Shown here in pieces: positions 1-9,272 of a stretch of 64,000 nt of DNA; the stretch's first letter is position 1; each line of letters starts with the position of its first letter. The DNA is from Candidatus Avirikenella pullistercoris (GTDB taxonomy: Bacteria; Bacteroidota; Bacteroidia; Bacteroidales; Rikenellaceae): the NCBI GenBank assembly GCA_018710935.1, contig DVIX01000001.1, forward strand, positions 1,406-65,405. The letters run 5' to 3'. The position numbers and the translations under genes are program-made. The notes beneath the pieces are model-generated. The model did no database searches, had not been told where the DNA came from, and worked only from the letters and a program-made list of their open reading frames with translations.

Positions 1-128
1 AAAACATCCTGAGTACCGGTATTCACAGAATAAATATTTACTCCGTTCGGAACTTTTGTTTCACTGAACTGCAACACATCTATATAGTGCGGTATTACGA
101 TTTCCGGTTGTTTTGTTCTATCTGCCAT
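1..128 (-). CDS. 5' end of a probable second M16-family (insulinase-like) peptidase gene; continues past the left edge of the window
   Basis: The reverse complement of 1..128 starts with ATG (126-128) and reads MADRTKQPEIVIPHYIDVLQFSETKVPNGVNIYSVNTGTQDV with no stop. It begins 15 nt downstream of the M16 peptidase gene at 144..1379, which is the usual paired-M16 arrangement. The family call is by context only. Confidence 0.45.
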   Translation of the reverse strand, partial: MADRTKQPEIVIPHYIDVLQFSETKVPNGVNIYSVNTGTQDV

Positions 129-143
129 ACTTATAAACATTTT

Positions 144-1379
144 CTATTCTTTAACATACAATAATGTAGAACTGTTTTCCGGAATAAAAATCCGGTTTGC
201 CGTTTGCATTATATCGTCAGACGTAATTGCCCGATATACGGATAACTCCGTATTTACCAAATCGATGTCCCCAAGCATATCGTAAAAACAGAGATTCATG
301 GCCTTATTCATTACATTTATCTCTCCGAATATGGTATTCGCTTCAAACTTATTTTTTACCTTTTCCAATTCATAATCCCCGACCGGTTCTTTTTTTATCT
401 TCTCCAACTCATTCAAAAGAGCTTTCTCCGCCGTTTCAATATTCGCTCCCGGAGCAACCTGGCCAGTCATAACGAAAAGTCCAGGGTCCATATCCCCTGT
501 AACATAGGCATTCACACTGGTAAACAACTGCTCTTTCTTCACCAAATTCTGATACATACGTGCCGAAGTACCGTTAGAAAGAATATCCGATATCGTATCA
601 CATATATGAAATTCCCGGCTGAAACGTCCCGACATATGATATACGACATAAATAACGGATGCCGGAACTTTTCTTTCAACAAGTTCTCTTCTGGGCTCCG
701 TTTGTAGCGGTTCCTGCGGGATAATCCCGAACGGTTCCGTTCCTTTCGGTATATCCCCGAACCATTTTTCAACCTTTTCAAATACTTCTTCTGCTTCAAA
801 ATCCCCGGCTACCGTCAGAATAGCATTATTCGGATTATAAAACCGCTTGTAAAAACTTTCCACATCTTCTATTCTCGCATTGCGTATATGGTCAGGAGTC
901 ATCCCTATCGTAGCCCATCGGTAAGGGTGTACCTTATAAGCCAACGGACGCAACAAAAGCCAGATATCACCGTACGGCTTATTCAAATAACGCTGGTTGA
1001 ACTCTTCTATCACCACTTTTTTTTGCAACTCCAACGTTTCGTTATTGATAACCAGATTATGCATCCTATCGGATTCCAACCATAAAGCCGTTTCTATATT
1101 ATCTTTAGGCAATACGATATAATAATCCGTATAATCATTATTGGTAAAAGCATTGTTCTCGCCTGCCGCCATTTGCACCGGCACATCGAAATAAGGTGCA
1201 TTTTCCGAACCGCCAAACATCAAATGTTCAAAAAGATGAGCAAAACCGGTATTGGCCGGATTCTCATTCCGGGCACCTACTTTATATATGATATTGACCG
1301 CTGCCATAGGTGTAGAATTATCTCTATGGGCAATCACCGTCAAACCGTTATCCAATACTTTTTTCTTATAACTTATCAT
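144..1379 (-). CDS. M16 family zinc metallopeptidase (insulinase/pitrilysin-like)
   Basis: 411-aa ORF with the inverted zinc motif HxxEH (HLFEH) near the N-terminus, followed by a downstream Glu region typical of M16. Confidence 0.9.
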   Translation of the reverse strand: MISYKKKVLDNGLTVIAHRDNSTPMAAVNIIYKVGARNENPANTGFAHLFEHLMFGGSENAPYFDVPVQMAAGENNAFTNNDYTDYYIVLPKDNIETALWLESDRMHNLVINNETLELQKKVVIEEFNQRYLNKPYGDIWLLLRPLAYKVHPYRWATIGMTPDHIRNARIEDVESFYKRFYNPNNAILTVAGDFEAEEVFEKVEKWFGDIPKGTEPFGIIPQEPLQTEPRRELVERKVPASVIYVVYHMSGRFSREFHICDTISDILSNGTSARMYQNLVKKEQLFTSVNAYVTGDMDPGLFVMTGQVAPGANIETAEKALLNELEKIKKEPVGDYELEKVKNKFEANTIFGEINVMNKAMNLCFYDMLGDIDLVNTELSVYRAITSDDIMQTANRIFIPENSSTLLYVKE

Positions 1380-1998
1380 TATCGCCTGCCTTTTTATAAT
1401 TCAAAAATTCCTTTTCCAATATTTTAACCCCTTTCTCATTTGCAATTCCGCGGATATGGTAATTGATAAATTCCATATGTGTTCTGTTCAAATCTATCTC
1501 CAATGCTTTGTCCGTTTTATTGTTCAAAACCGTATCCATAATTGCCGTAATATATACAATTATCGCTCCCGGATTAAAATCGTTTCTGTAAATTCCCTCC
1601 TCTATTCCCTGCTTCATATTATCTCTAATAAAAGAGATCATCACATCTCGGGAATGTTTTTGCTGCATCTCGTACAATTTAGGATATACTTTCCGGAACG
1701 TTCTGTAAAAAATACCGAACGAAGGAAGCGGATTGGTAGCCTGAAATTGTAAAACATGAATAATCATTTGTATCGCATTATACTTTTTTCCTTTCAATTT
1801 TTCCATATAAGCGATATATCCTTTTTGCCGGTAAGACAATATTTCCCGTATCAATGTTTCTTTATCCTTAAAATTATTATAAAGAGTCATTTTCGATACG
1901 CCAATCCGGTCGGCAATATCCTCCATCGTCAATCCTTCCACACCATACTCTTCAAAAAGGGCATATATTTTCTTTAAATAAACATCTTTTTTAGACAT
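1366..1998 (-). CDS. TetR/AcrR family transcriptional regulator
   Basis: N-terminal HTH signature (GVEGLTMEDIADRIGVSKMTLYNNFKDKETL). The ORF track extends to 2028, but MSKKDVYLKK (ATG at 1998) is the more likely start. It overlaps the downstream M16 gene by 14 nt. Confidence 0.85.
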   Translation of the reverse strand: MSKKDVYLKKIYALFEEYGVEGLTMEDIADRIGVSKMTLYNNFKDKETLIREILSYRQKGYIAYMEKLKGKKYNAIQMIIHVLQFQATNPLPSFGIFYRTFRKVYPKLYEMQQKHSRDVMISFIRDNMKQGIEEGIYRNDFNPGAIIVYITAIMDTVLNNKTDKALEIDLNRTHMEFINYHIRGIANEKGVKILEKEFLNYKKAGDNDKL

Positions 1999-2081
1999 AC
2001 CTATCCTTACCAAATAGTTTACAAACAAAAATAATATAAATTTAACAACTGTTTTGTACCTTTGAAAAAAATAGTTTCAGA

Positions 2082-3233
2082 ATGAAATTCAGCGATATTC
2101 CAGGACAACAAAAAATAAAAGAATTATTTATAAAAACCACTAAAGAAGGGCGTATTCCCCATGCCCAATTATTCAACGGACCGAACGGATACGGCACTCT
2201 CGCACTCGCCATAGCGTACGCCCAATATATTTTATGTGAAGACAAAAAAGAAAACGATTCCTGCGGAATCTGCCCCTCTTGCTATAAAATAAGCAAACTG
2301 GAACATCCCGACCTACACTTTTCCTTTCCCGTCAATAAAAGTCAATATACGGAAATTACCAACAGCAAAGGTGAAATCATCAGCGATTCATTGATAAGAA
2401 AATGGAGGGAACAAGTATTAACCCTGAAACCGAACGGATATTTTACAGAAAAAGATTGGTATAATACCATTAATTTAGGAAAAAACAGCCAGGGAAACAT
2501 CAGCCGTGCAGAAGCCAATGAAATCATACGGAAATTAAGCTATAAATCTTTCGAAGGAGGATATAAAATATTGATTATCTGGTTGCCGGAACGGATGAAT
2601 GAAGCCGCAGCCAACGCTTTGCTGAAATTGTTCGAAGAACCGGCTGAAAAAACCCTTTTCTTATTCGTTACAGCCGACAGCGATTCGATGTTAAAAACAA
2701 TCCTTTCTCGTACCCAAATATTGAACATTCCTCCGATAGATACAGAATCTATTTACAAGTATCTGTCCGATACTTATGAAGATAAGGAAAAATGCGCAGC
2801 TATTGCCCGTATGTCCGGAGGCGATTGTATGAAAGCCGTCGATATGATGGAAGATAATACGGATAACGAAAATTTTGAATTGTTTTCAAGCTTGATGCGT
2901 CTTTGTTATACCGTAAATCATCTGGGATTAATCGAATGGGCCGAAAATATAGCAGGCTTAGGAAGAGAATCCCAAAAAAACTTTTTAACATACTCTCTTA
3001 ATTTACTGAGAGAAAGTTATATTTTATCGGTAGGAGTACCCGAAATATCTTATATATACGGAAAAGAAGCCGAATTTATCAACAAATTCTACCCATTTAT
3101 ACATTATAAAAATATTGTTTATCTAACGGAAGAGTTCGAAAAAGCGATAAGAGATCTTTCCTCCAACGGAAATGCAAAAATTATTTTTATCCATTTTGCA
3201 TTGTCAATCAGTAAACAGATAAGAAAAGTATGA
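2082..3233 (+). CDS. holB: DNA polymerase III subunit delta-prime (clamp-loader AAA+ protein)
   Basis: GRIPHAQLFNGPNGYGTLALAIAYAQYILC is the degenerate Walker A of delta-prime. A Cys4 zinc module (CGICPSCYK) and an SRT motif (LSRTQ) are also present. Confidence 0.85.
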   Translation: MKFSDIPGQQKIKELFIKTTKEGRIPHAQLFNGPNGYGTLALAIAYAQYILCEDKKENDSCGICPSCYKISKLEHPDLHFSFPVNKSQYTEITNSKGEIISDSLIRKWREQVLTLKPNGYFTEKDWYNTINLGKNSQGNISRAEANEIIRKLSYKSFEGGYKILIIWLPERMNEAAANALLKLFEEPAEKTLFLFVTADSDSMLKTILSRTQILNIPPIDTESIYKYLSDTYEDKEKCAAIARMSGGDCMKAVDMMEDNTDNENFELFSSLMRLCYTVNHLGLIEWAENIAGLGRESQKNFLTYSLNLLRESYILSVGVPEISYIYGKEAEFINKFYPFIHYKNIVYLTEEFEKAIRDLSSNGNAKIIFIHFALSISKQIRKV

Positions 3234-3727
3234 GCCGAGCAGTCCTTTTAACCGGAGGAAATACACCGGAAATAGATAAAAACATACATAAAGTAAGGGA
3301 ACTTATCAACAAAGAATTAGGAACCATTATACAAACCTCCTCGATTTACGAATCCGAACCGTGGGGATTTCAGGCTACTCATCATTTTCTGAATCAGATA
3401 ATAATTATCGACACTAGATTATTGCCGGAAGAACTGCTTTTTAAAATATGGGATATAGAACGCCGTTTCGGAAGATCCAGAGGGACAGCAGAAGAAGAAA
3501 AGCTCAAATACCAGAAACGGTTATCGGAAAAAACACCTGTTTATAAGTCCCGTACAATGGATATAGACATATTATTTTATGATAGTCAAATAATCCATAC
3601 CCCTTTGCTAAATATCCCCCACCCCCTTATTCCTTTCAGAAATTTCGTACTTATTCCTTTAAAAGAGATACTCCCCGATTTCATACATCCTATTCTCAAT
3701 AAACCGATAAAAGATATCGACTGTTAA
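3230..3727 (+). CDS. folK: 2-amino-4-hydroxy-6-hydroxymethyldihydropteridine diphosphokinase (HPPK)
   Basis: HPPK signatures SSIYESEPWG, ERRFGR and RTMDIDILFY. 4-nt ATGA overlap with holB. Confidence 0.9.
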   Translation: MSRAVLLTGGNTPEIDKNIHKVRELINKELGTIIQTSSIYESEPWGFQATHHFLNQIIIIDTRLLPEELLFKIWDIERRFGRSRGTAEEEKLKYQKRLSEKTPVYKSRTMDIDILFYDSQIIHTPLLNIPHPLIPFRNFVLIPLKEILPDFIHPILNKPIKDIDC

Positions 3728-4473
3728 TCCATATTATTTTTTTATTTATATAATTTTAAAATTAAAATAAAGAAATATAATAGCTGTCAATACTGTTTAA
3801 GAAAAATACATATTTTTCTTGGATATATCGAACTAAAAATAAATTAACAATAGATGAACGAAGCAATATCGTTTAAATCAGATAAGTAAATCGGCTATCA
3901 ACAATTTGTTTATGAAATTATAAAGAAGGGCAAATTACTTTGAAATGAATATTGATGATGTTGAAAAAATTGTATTATGTTGTTTGCCCTTTTTAAAAGA
4001 TTTTATTTGCAATTTTAAAAGTAAAACCTTCTATAATTCTCTTTATATTTTACAAGATTTTTTCTATAAAATTTATGAAAAGATATGAATAGCAATTCCG
4101 TATTTTATTTGTATCTTTTTCAACAACTGTTGACAATTTTATTTTATTGGTTATCTGTTGATTAAATATGATTGACAAGTATTATGGATTTGTCTGTTTA
4201 TAATAAGAGTCTGAAATATTTGTTTTGTTAATATAATATGAAATCAGGGTACAGAAATAAAACAGTCGGTATTTTGCATTTTGAATGAATGTAAAGTCAG
4301 TTGTTTATAATATTGATTAAAGGTATTAGGGATAAATTCGAACAATCGTTTTTATATATAAAAGCAGAAGTTTTTATTACGGTTTGAAGAAATGGTATTT
4401 TTATATTTATGATTTTAATAAAATAAACATGTAATTTTTTTATAAAGATTATAAAGTATAAATGTTATTTATT
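3728..4473. other. Unusually long, ORF-free, very AT-rich intergenic island between two convergent genes
   Basis: 746 bp with no ORF of 60 aa or more in any frame of the supplied track. My hand count gives about 155 G+C in about 750 nt (about 21%). The first 60 nt after the folK stop have about 8% G+C. Confidence 0.8.
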
Positions 4474-5046
4474 TTATTTTGTTTTGCAGAAACAACCTTC
4501 TAAGTGGTCGTTTATAAAACCGGTTGCCTGTAAGAATGCATAGCAAATGGTAGAACCGAAAAATTTAAAGCCTCTTTTTTTCATATCTTTACTAATAGCG
4601 TCCGATTCGGAAGAAGTGGCGGGAATTTGGTTCAGAGTTTTGAAGTTATTAACAATCGGTTGTCGGTTAGGAAAAAAGGATATGATATATTGATAAAAAC
4701 TTCCGAACTCTTTTTGAATGGCTATAAATAATTGGGCGTTGTTAATTGTACTGTTTATTTTTAATCGGTTTTTAACAATTCCGTTAAATTGCATTAATCG
4801 TTCGACGTCTTCCGAAGTCATCTGCGCCACTTTATTTACGTCAAAATAACAAAAGGCTTCTCGGTATCCTTCGCGTTTTCGGAGAATAGTGATCCAGGAT
4901 AATCCTGCCTGAGCGCTTTCGAGTACCATAAATTCAAATAAAGTTTTATCATCGGTAACAAGCTTTCCCCATTCTTCATCGTGGTATTTTGTATATAATT
5001 CGTCTGTTCCTGCCCAACCGCAACGCCTATTTATTATATCTTCCAT
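4474..5046 (-). CDS. tag: DNA-3-methyladenine glycosylase I
   Basis: 190 aa. RCGWA... YHDEEWG ... LESAQAGLSW is the characteristic Tag N-terminus, and the C-terminal Cys/His zinc ligands (HLEGCFC) are present. Confidence 0.9.
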   Translation of the reverse strand: MEDIINRRCGWAGTDELYTKYHDEEWGKLVTDDKTLFEFMVLESAQAGLSWITILRKREGYREAFCYFDVNKVAQMTSEDVERLMQFNGIVKNRLKINSTINNAQLFIAIQKEFGSFYQYIISFFPNRQPIVNNFKTLNQIPATSSESDAISKDMKKRGFKFFGSTICYAFLQATGFINDHLEGCFCKTK

Positions 5047-5058
5047 ATTTATTATTTC

Positions 5059-5352
5059 TTATTTTACAATAATATATTCGATAACAGGGCTTTCTGCAAT
5101 TTTATTCAAAGCTTTTTTTATTTCATTACGTCGTAAAAAAAATTCGCTGCGGGCAGAAGCAGAAGAAAAAGAAACAAATAACCGGCCGTTCGTAATGCTT
5201 ATTTTGTTCGTTGCATCTGCAATGGCATTTCCTACAATATCCCTCCATGCATTCAGTACGCGCCCTTCCCTGATGCTTCTGGAAAGAGTAACGTCGTTTT
5301 TTATAATCTCTTTTATAATATCTCCTATGGAAGTAGGCTCTGTTCGGCGCAT
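5059..5352 (-). CDS. DUF721 (DciA-like) domain protein
   Basis: 97-aa basic protein immediately downstream of recF, the conserved Bacteroidota position for DUF721. Sequence pattern W..IVG..IA..T.......G.L.V. Confidence 0.7.
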   Translation of the reverse strand: MRRTEPTSIGDIIKEIIKNDVTLSRSIREGRVLNAWRDIVGNAIADATNKISITNGRLFVSFSSASARSEFFLRRNEIKKALNKIAESPVIEYIIVK

Positions 5353-5379
5353 ATAATAGTAATGAATAATGAAATCGGA

Positions 5380-6480
5380 TTATTGAATATTTATTTCACC
5401 GTTGTCTACCGTAAATAAAGTATAAGTTTGTGTCAATTTTTTTAGTAAGCCGTCCAATCTCACTTTATTGCTGTCGGTAATGAAAATCTGTCCGAATTTA
5501 TCTTGTGAAACCAGAGCAATAAGGTTAGATACTCTCTGAAGGTCTAATTTATCGAAAATATCGTCTAACAATAAAATGGGTTTGAAATTCTTAATAGCGG
5601 TGATAATATCGAATTGCGCTAATTTCAGTGCGATTAAAAATGATTTTTGTTGTCCTTGCGAACCGTATTTCCGAATGGGATAATCCTTTATCTTCATTTT
5701 GATATCGTCTCTGTGAATACCGACAGTGGTGAAACCGTTTATTTTGTCTTTTTCAAAAGAGTTTGCCAATAACTCCGAAAGGGATGCTTTCGATAGATCG
5801 CTGTTATACGATAAGCTTACCTTTTCATGTTCGTCAGATAGAATACTGTAATAATACTCTACGACAGGAGTGATTTTTTCGATAAATTCCGTTCGTTTTT
5901 TGTAAATAATGGATGCCAGCTCGTCCATCTGCATATTTATTATATCCAATATTTCCAATGAGTGGGTATTTTGCAGCTCTTTCAATAATCGGTTTCTTTG
6001 TATCAATAATCCGTTATATCTTACTAATGTACCGAGGTATTCCTTGTCTATTTGAGATAAAAAAGCATTCATGTACCGGCGCCGTTCGTCTGCCGATTCA
6101 TTTATCAGACAGGTATCTGCCGGCGAAACCATAACAATAGGAAACAAACCTATGTGTTCGGATAGTTTCGCATATTCTTTATCGTTTCTTTTTATGACCT
6201 TTCCGGAAGAAGGTTTATAACTGCAAACTACTTTTTCATACCGTTCATCGTTTATTTCATAATTGCCGTCCAGCATGAAAAAATCCGTTTCATGTTTTAT
6301 ACATTGATTATCCGTTAGATTAAAAGCGCTTTTTCCCATGGAAAGATAATAGATGGCGTCGATAATATTCGTTTTTCCGGTTCCGTTGTTTCCGGTGAAA
6401 CAATTTATCTTTTTTGAGAAAAAGAGTTGCGAAGTGTTTATATTTTTAAAATGGATGATATTTAATTCTTTTAAATACAT
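5380..6480 (-). CDS. recF: DNA replication and repair protein RecF
   Basis: Walker A GNNGTGKTNIIDAIY, ABC signature SQGQQKS and Walker B LLLDDIFDKLD. Confidence 0.93.
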   Translation of the reverse strand: MYLKELNIIHFKNINTSQLFFSKKINCFTGNNGTGKTNIIDAIYYLSMGKSAFNLTDNQCIKHETDFFMLDGNYEINDERYEKVVCSYKPSSGKVIKRNDKEYAKLSEHIGLFPIVMVSPADTCLINESADERRRYMNAFLSQIDKEYLGTLVRYNGLLIQRNRLLKELQNTHSLEILDIINMQMDELASIIYKKRTEFIEKITPVVEYYYSILSDEHEKVSLSYNSDLSKASLSELLANSFEKDKINGFTTVGIHRDDIKMKIKDYPIRKYGSQGQQKSFLIALKLAQFDIITAIKNFKPILLLDDIFDKLDLQRVSNLIALVSQDKFGQIFITDSNKVRLDGLLKKLTQTYTLFTVDNGEINIQ

Positions 6481-6637
6481 TCGGTTATTTGGATTACGGA
6501 TAAATACGCTTTTTTTCTATATTTTAAACAAAAATAAAAATAAAAAGGATGAAAATGTTTTAATTTATGCAAAAAGATTTAATTTTGCAGAATCGTAAAT
6601 TGTATGTTACCTAAAGATAATATAACAAGGATAAATT

Positions 6638-7330
6638 ATGTTGGAAAAGAAAAATCAGAAAGAAGACCCTGAACAGAAAATAGAAACGGCAATCGACAAT
6701 ACGGAAATTTTTATCAGGAAAAACGGAAAAGTCTTGTTGATTGTTTTAGGGGCGGTCTTTTTAATCGTATGTGCTTATTTCGGTGCGAAATATCTTTATT
6801 CAATGCCGCGTGAAGAAAAAGCTTCTGCAATGATGTTCGGTGCACAACAACGTTTTCAGGTGGATTCTTTCGATGTAGCTTTGAACGGAGGTAACGGATA
6901 TGCCGGATTTTTGGAAGTAATCGATACATACGGTTCTACGAATGCGGGGAATATCGCAAATCATTATGCCGGAATATGTTATCTGAAACAAGGCGATTAT
7001 CAGAATGCAATCAAATATTTGGGTAAATATTCCCATACGAAAGGAATAGCGTCTGAAGTTATCAATGCACAGAATTATGGATTGATGGGAGATGTCAACG
7101 TGCAGTTGGGAAATTTACAGGAAGCCGTTAAAATGTTTGAAAAAGCCGTTGAAGCCACCGATAATGATTTTACCGCTCCTTACTATTTGAAAAAATTGGG
7201 AATGGTGAATGAAAAATTGAATAATAAAGCACAGGCTTTGAAAGCTTACGAAAGAATATTGAATGAATATCCTACCTCTTTCGAAGGAAGGGATATCGAG
7301 AAATATATCGGTCGTTTAGCTCAAAATTAG
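6638..7330 (+). CDS. Membrane-anchored tetratricopeptide-repeat protein (YfgM-like)
   Basis: One N-terminal TM helix (VLLIVLGAVFLIVCAYFGA) followed by TPR-like repeats (AGICYLKQGDYQNAIKYL, GDVNVQLGNLQEAVKMFEKA). Confidence 0.65.
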   Translation: MLEKKNQKEDPEQKIETAIDNTEIFIRKNGKVLLIVLGAVFLIVCAYFGAKYLYSMPREEKASAMMFGAQQRFQVDSFDVALNGGNGYAGFLEVIDTYGSTNAGNIANHYAGICYLKQGDYQNAIKYLGKYSHTKGIASEVINAQNYGLMGDVNVQLGNLQEAVKMFEKAVEATDNDFTAPYYLKKLGMVNEKLNNKAQALKAYERILNEYPTSFEGRDIEKYIGRLAQN

Positions 7331-7361
7331 GATTTATTTTAGTTTATTATTAAATTATCTC

Positions 7362-7401
7362 TTGAGGGGTTGTTATGTTGATAGCGATCCCTCAATTTTT
7401 T
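7362..7401 (+). terminator. Candidate intrinsic terminator after the TPR gene
   Basis: TTGAGGG (7362-7368) pairs with CCCTCAA (7389-7395) and is followed by T6. The 20-nt loop is large, so confidence is moderate. Confidence 0.45.
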
Positions 7402-7511
7402 ATGGGATTAGAATAAATCGTTTTATTTTTCTTATTTTGTATTTGCATATTTTGGTTAGGAATTATTTATATAGTTTCATGAAAAGTTTTAACGTTTAAA
7501 TTATATTTATT

Positions 7512-8012
7512 ATGGCATCGAATTTAAAAAATTTGTCTGTTTTCGATTCACCTGTTCCTTCGGCAAAAGGGATGTCTTTCGGAATTGTCGTGGCAGAATG
7601 GAATAGCCAGATAACGATTCCGTTGTTGGAAGGAGCTGTAAAATTGCTTAAAGAACAAGGTTGCGAAGAGGGGGATATTATTATAAAAAAGGTTCCCGGG
7701 ACTTATGAATTGACACTTGCTTCACAGTTTATGTGCGAATATACCGATGTAGATGCCGTAATTGCTTTGGGATGTGTAATACAAGGCGAAACCCGGCATT
7801 TTGATTTTATTTGCCAGGGAGTTACGCATGGCATCAATCATGTAGCTTTGGAATATAATACGCCGATTGCTTTCGGCGTATTGACCGTCGATAATTTGGA
7901 ACAAGCGAAAGACCGTGCAGGCGGGAAATTGGGGAATAAGGGAGAAGAAGCCGCTGCTACGGCAATTAAAATGGCTGTTATTAAAAATGAGATGGAAGAA
8001 TCGGAACAATAA
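7512..8012 (+). CDS. ribH: 6,7-dimethyl-8-ribityllumazine synthase
   Basis: 166 aa. FGIVVAEWN, VPGTYELTLA and GCVIQGETRHFDFI are typical RibH blocks. Confidence 0.93.
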   Translation: MASNLKNLSVFDSPVPSAKGMSFGIVVAEWNSQITIPLLEGAVKLLKEQGCEEGDIIIKKVPGTYELTLASQFMCEYTDVDAVIALGCVIQGETRHFDFICQGVTHGINHVALEYNTPIAFGVLTVDNLEQAKDRAGGKLGNKGEEAAATAIKMAVIKNEMEESEQ

Positions 8013-8034
8013 TTTTTATCGGTTCATACTTTAT

Positions 8035-8071
8035 AAGAAGAAACAAGTATATTTCACTTGTTTCTTCTTTT
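8035..8071 (+). terminator. Intrinsic terminator of ribH
   Basis: Perfect 14-bp stem: AAGAAGAAACAAGT (8035-8048) pairs with ACTTGTTTCTTCTT (8056-8069). The loop is 7 nt and the 3' end is T-rich. Confidence 0.7.
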
Positions 8072-8093
8072 GATAATAAGGGGTTTTTAAGTT

Positions 8094-9206
8094 GTGTTTT
8101 ACAGGAAAATTATACATATCGATATGGATGCCTTTTACGCTTCGGTGGAACAGCGCGATAATCCTCAATACAGGGGTAAACCGCTTGCTGTCGGCCGTTC
8201 TGAAGAAAGAGGCGTAGTTGCTGCAGCCAGTTATGAGGCGCGGCGTTATGGTATTCATTCGGCAATGCCTTCCTTAAAAGCGAAAAAATTGTGTCCTGAA
8301 TTGATATTTGTTCCCGGACGAATGGATTATTATAAGTCTGTTTCAGCACAAATTCACGAGATATTTCATGAATATACGGATATAGTAGAACCGATTGCTT
8401 TGGATGAGGCCTTTTTGGATGTGACGGAAAATAAACGGGAAATCTCTTTGGCTGTGGATATAGCCCGGGCTATAAAAAGAGAGATAAGAGATCATATAGG
8501 ATTGATAGCTTCTGCCGGAGTATCTTACAATAAATTTCTCGCTAAAATAGCTTCCGATTATCGCAAACCGGACGGGTTATGTACCATTCATCCGGACAAG
8601 GCACAAGAATTCATAGAAAAGTTGCCTATCGAATCATTTTGGGGAATAGGCCATGTAACGGCAAGGAAGATGCATAAAATGGGCATTCATAACGGTGCGG
8701 ATCTGAAAAGCCAGACTTTGCCTTTTTTGGTACATTATTTCGGAAAATCGGGTATCATATATTATAATTTTGCGAGAGGTGTCGATACCCGGCAAGTAAC
8801 TCCGGTAAGGCTTCGTAAATCGGTGGGGTGCGAACGGACGTATGAAAAGGATTTATTGACTTTTGAAGAACGGGCTGAACAGGCCGATATACTTGTGGAT
8901 ATGTTAATATCACGATTGGAAAAGGCCTGTTTTAAAGGACATACGCTTACCCTTAAAATTAAATTCAGTGATTTTGTTCAGAAGACAAAGAGCATAACCC
9001 CTTCCCTTATATTGGATTCCGGTACTAAAAAAGAGATATATGACCTTACCCGTCAATTATTGGACGATCCTGCTTTAGAAGGAACAAAAATACGTCTTTT
9101 AGGCCTTTCTCTGTCCAATCCGGTACAAGAATTTGTAAATACCTCACAAAGTCAGTTAACGCTCGATTTCGGGGATGATTTTTCATTATCCGGCAAAACC
9201 TTATAG
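8094..9206 (+). CDS. dinB: DNA polymerase IV (Y-family translesion polymerase)
   Basis: N-terminus KIIHIDMDAFYASVEQRDNP and SIDEAFLDV-type block (ALDEAFLDVT). The start codon appears to be GTG at 8094. Confidence 0.92.
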   Translation: MFYRKIIHIDMDAFYASVEQRDNPQYRGKPLAVGRSEERGVVAAASYEARRYGIHSAMPSLKAKKLCPELIFVPGRMDYYKSVSAQIHEIFHEYTDIVEPIALDEAFLDVTENKREISLAVDIARAIKREIRDHIGLIASAGVSYNKFLAKIASDYRKPDGLCTIHPDKAQEFIEKLPIESFWGIGHVTARKMHKMGIHNGADLKSQTLPFLVHYFGKSGIIYYNFARGVDTRQVTPVRLRKSVGCERTYEKDLLTFEERAEQADILVDMLISRLEKACFKGHTLTLKIKFSDFVQKTKSITPSLILDSGTKKEIYDLTRQLLDDPALEGTKIRLLGLSLSNPVQEFVNTSQSQLTLDFGDDFSLSGKTL

Positions 9207-9220
9207 GCTTTTCCGGTAAT

Positions 9221-9254
9221 AAAAAACAGGAATGTATTTACATTCCTGTTTTTT
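9221..9254. terminator. Bidirectional intrinsic terminator between convergent dinB and slyD
   Basis: A5-ACAGGAATGT (9226-9235), loop ATTT, then ACATTCCTGT (9240-9249) followed by T5. The A-run and T-run flanks let it work on both strands. Confidence 0.75.
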
Positions 9255-9272
9255 GTCTGTTTTGTCAATAGT

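Noticed and set aside
3728-4473. Interpretation of the AT-rich island as oriC
   Set aside because: It was tempting because recF is adjacent and parS-like sites lie 33 kb away. However, I found no DnaA box (TTATCCACA / TGTGGATAA or close variants). By my reading the tetramers CACA and TGTG do not occur anywhere in the 746 bp. I kept the island as an unexplained finding, not as an origin call.
7402-7511. FMN (RFN) riboswitch upstream of ribH
   Set aside because: The 110-nt leader is AT-rich and lacks the conserved AGGGGCAGGGUGAAAUUCCC-type core. No multi-stem structure is evident.
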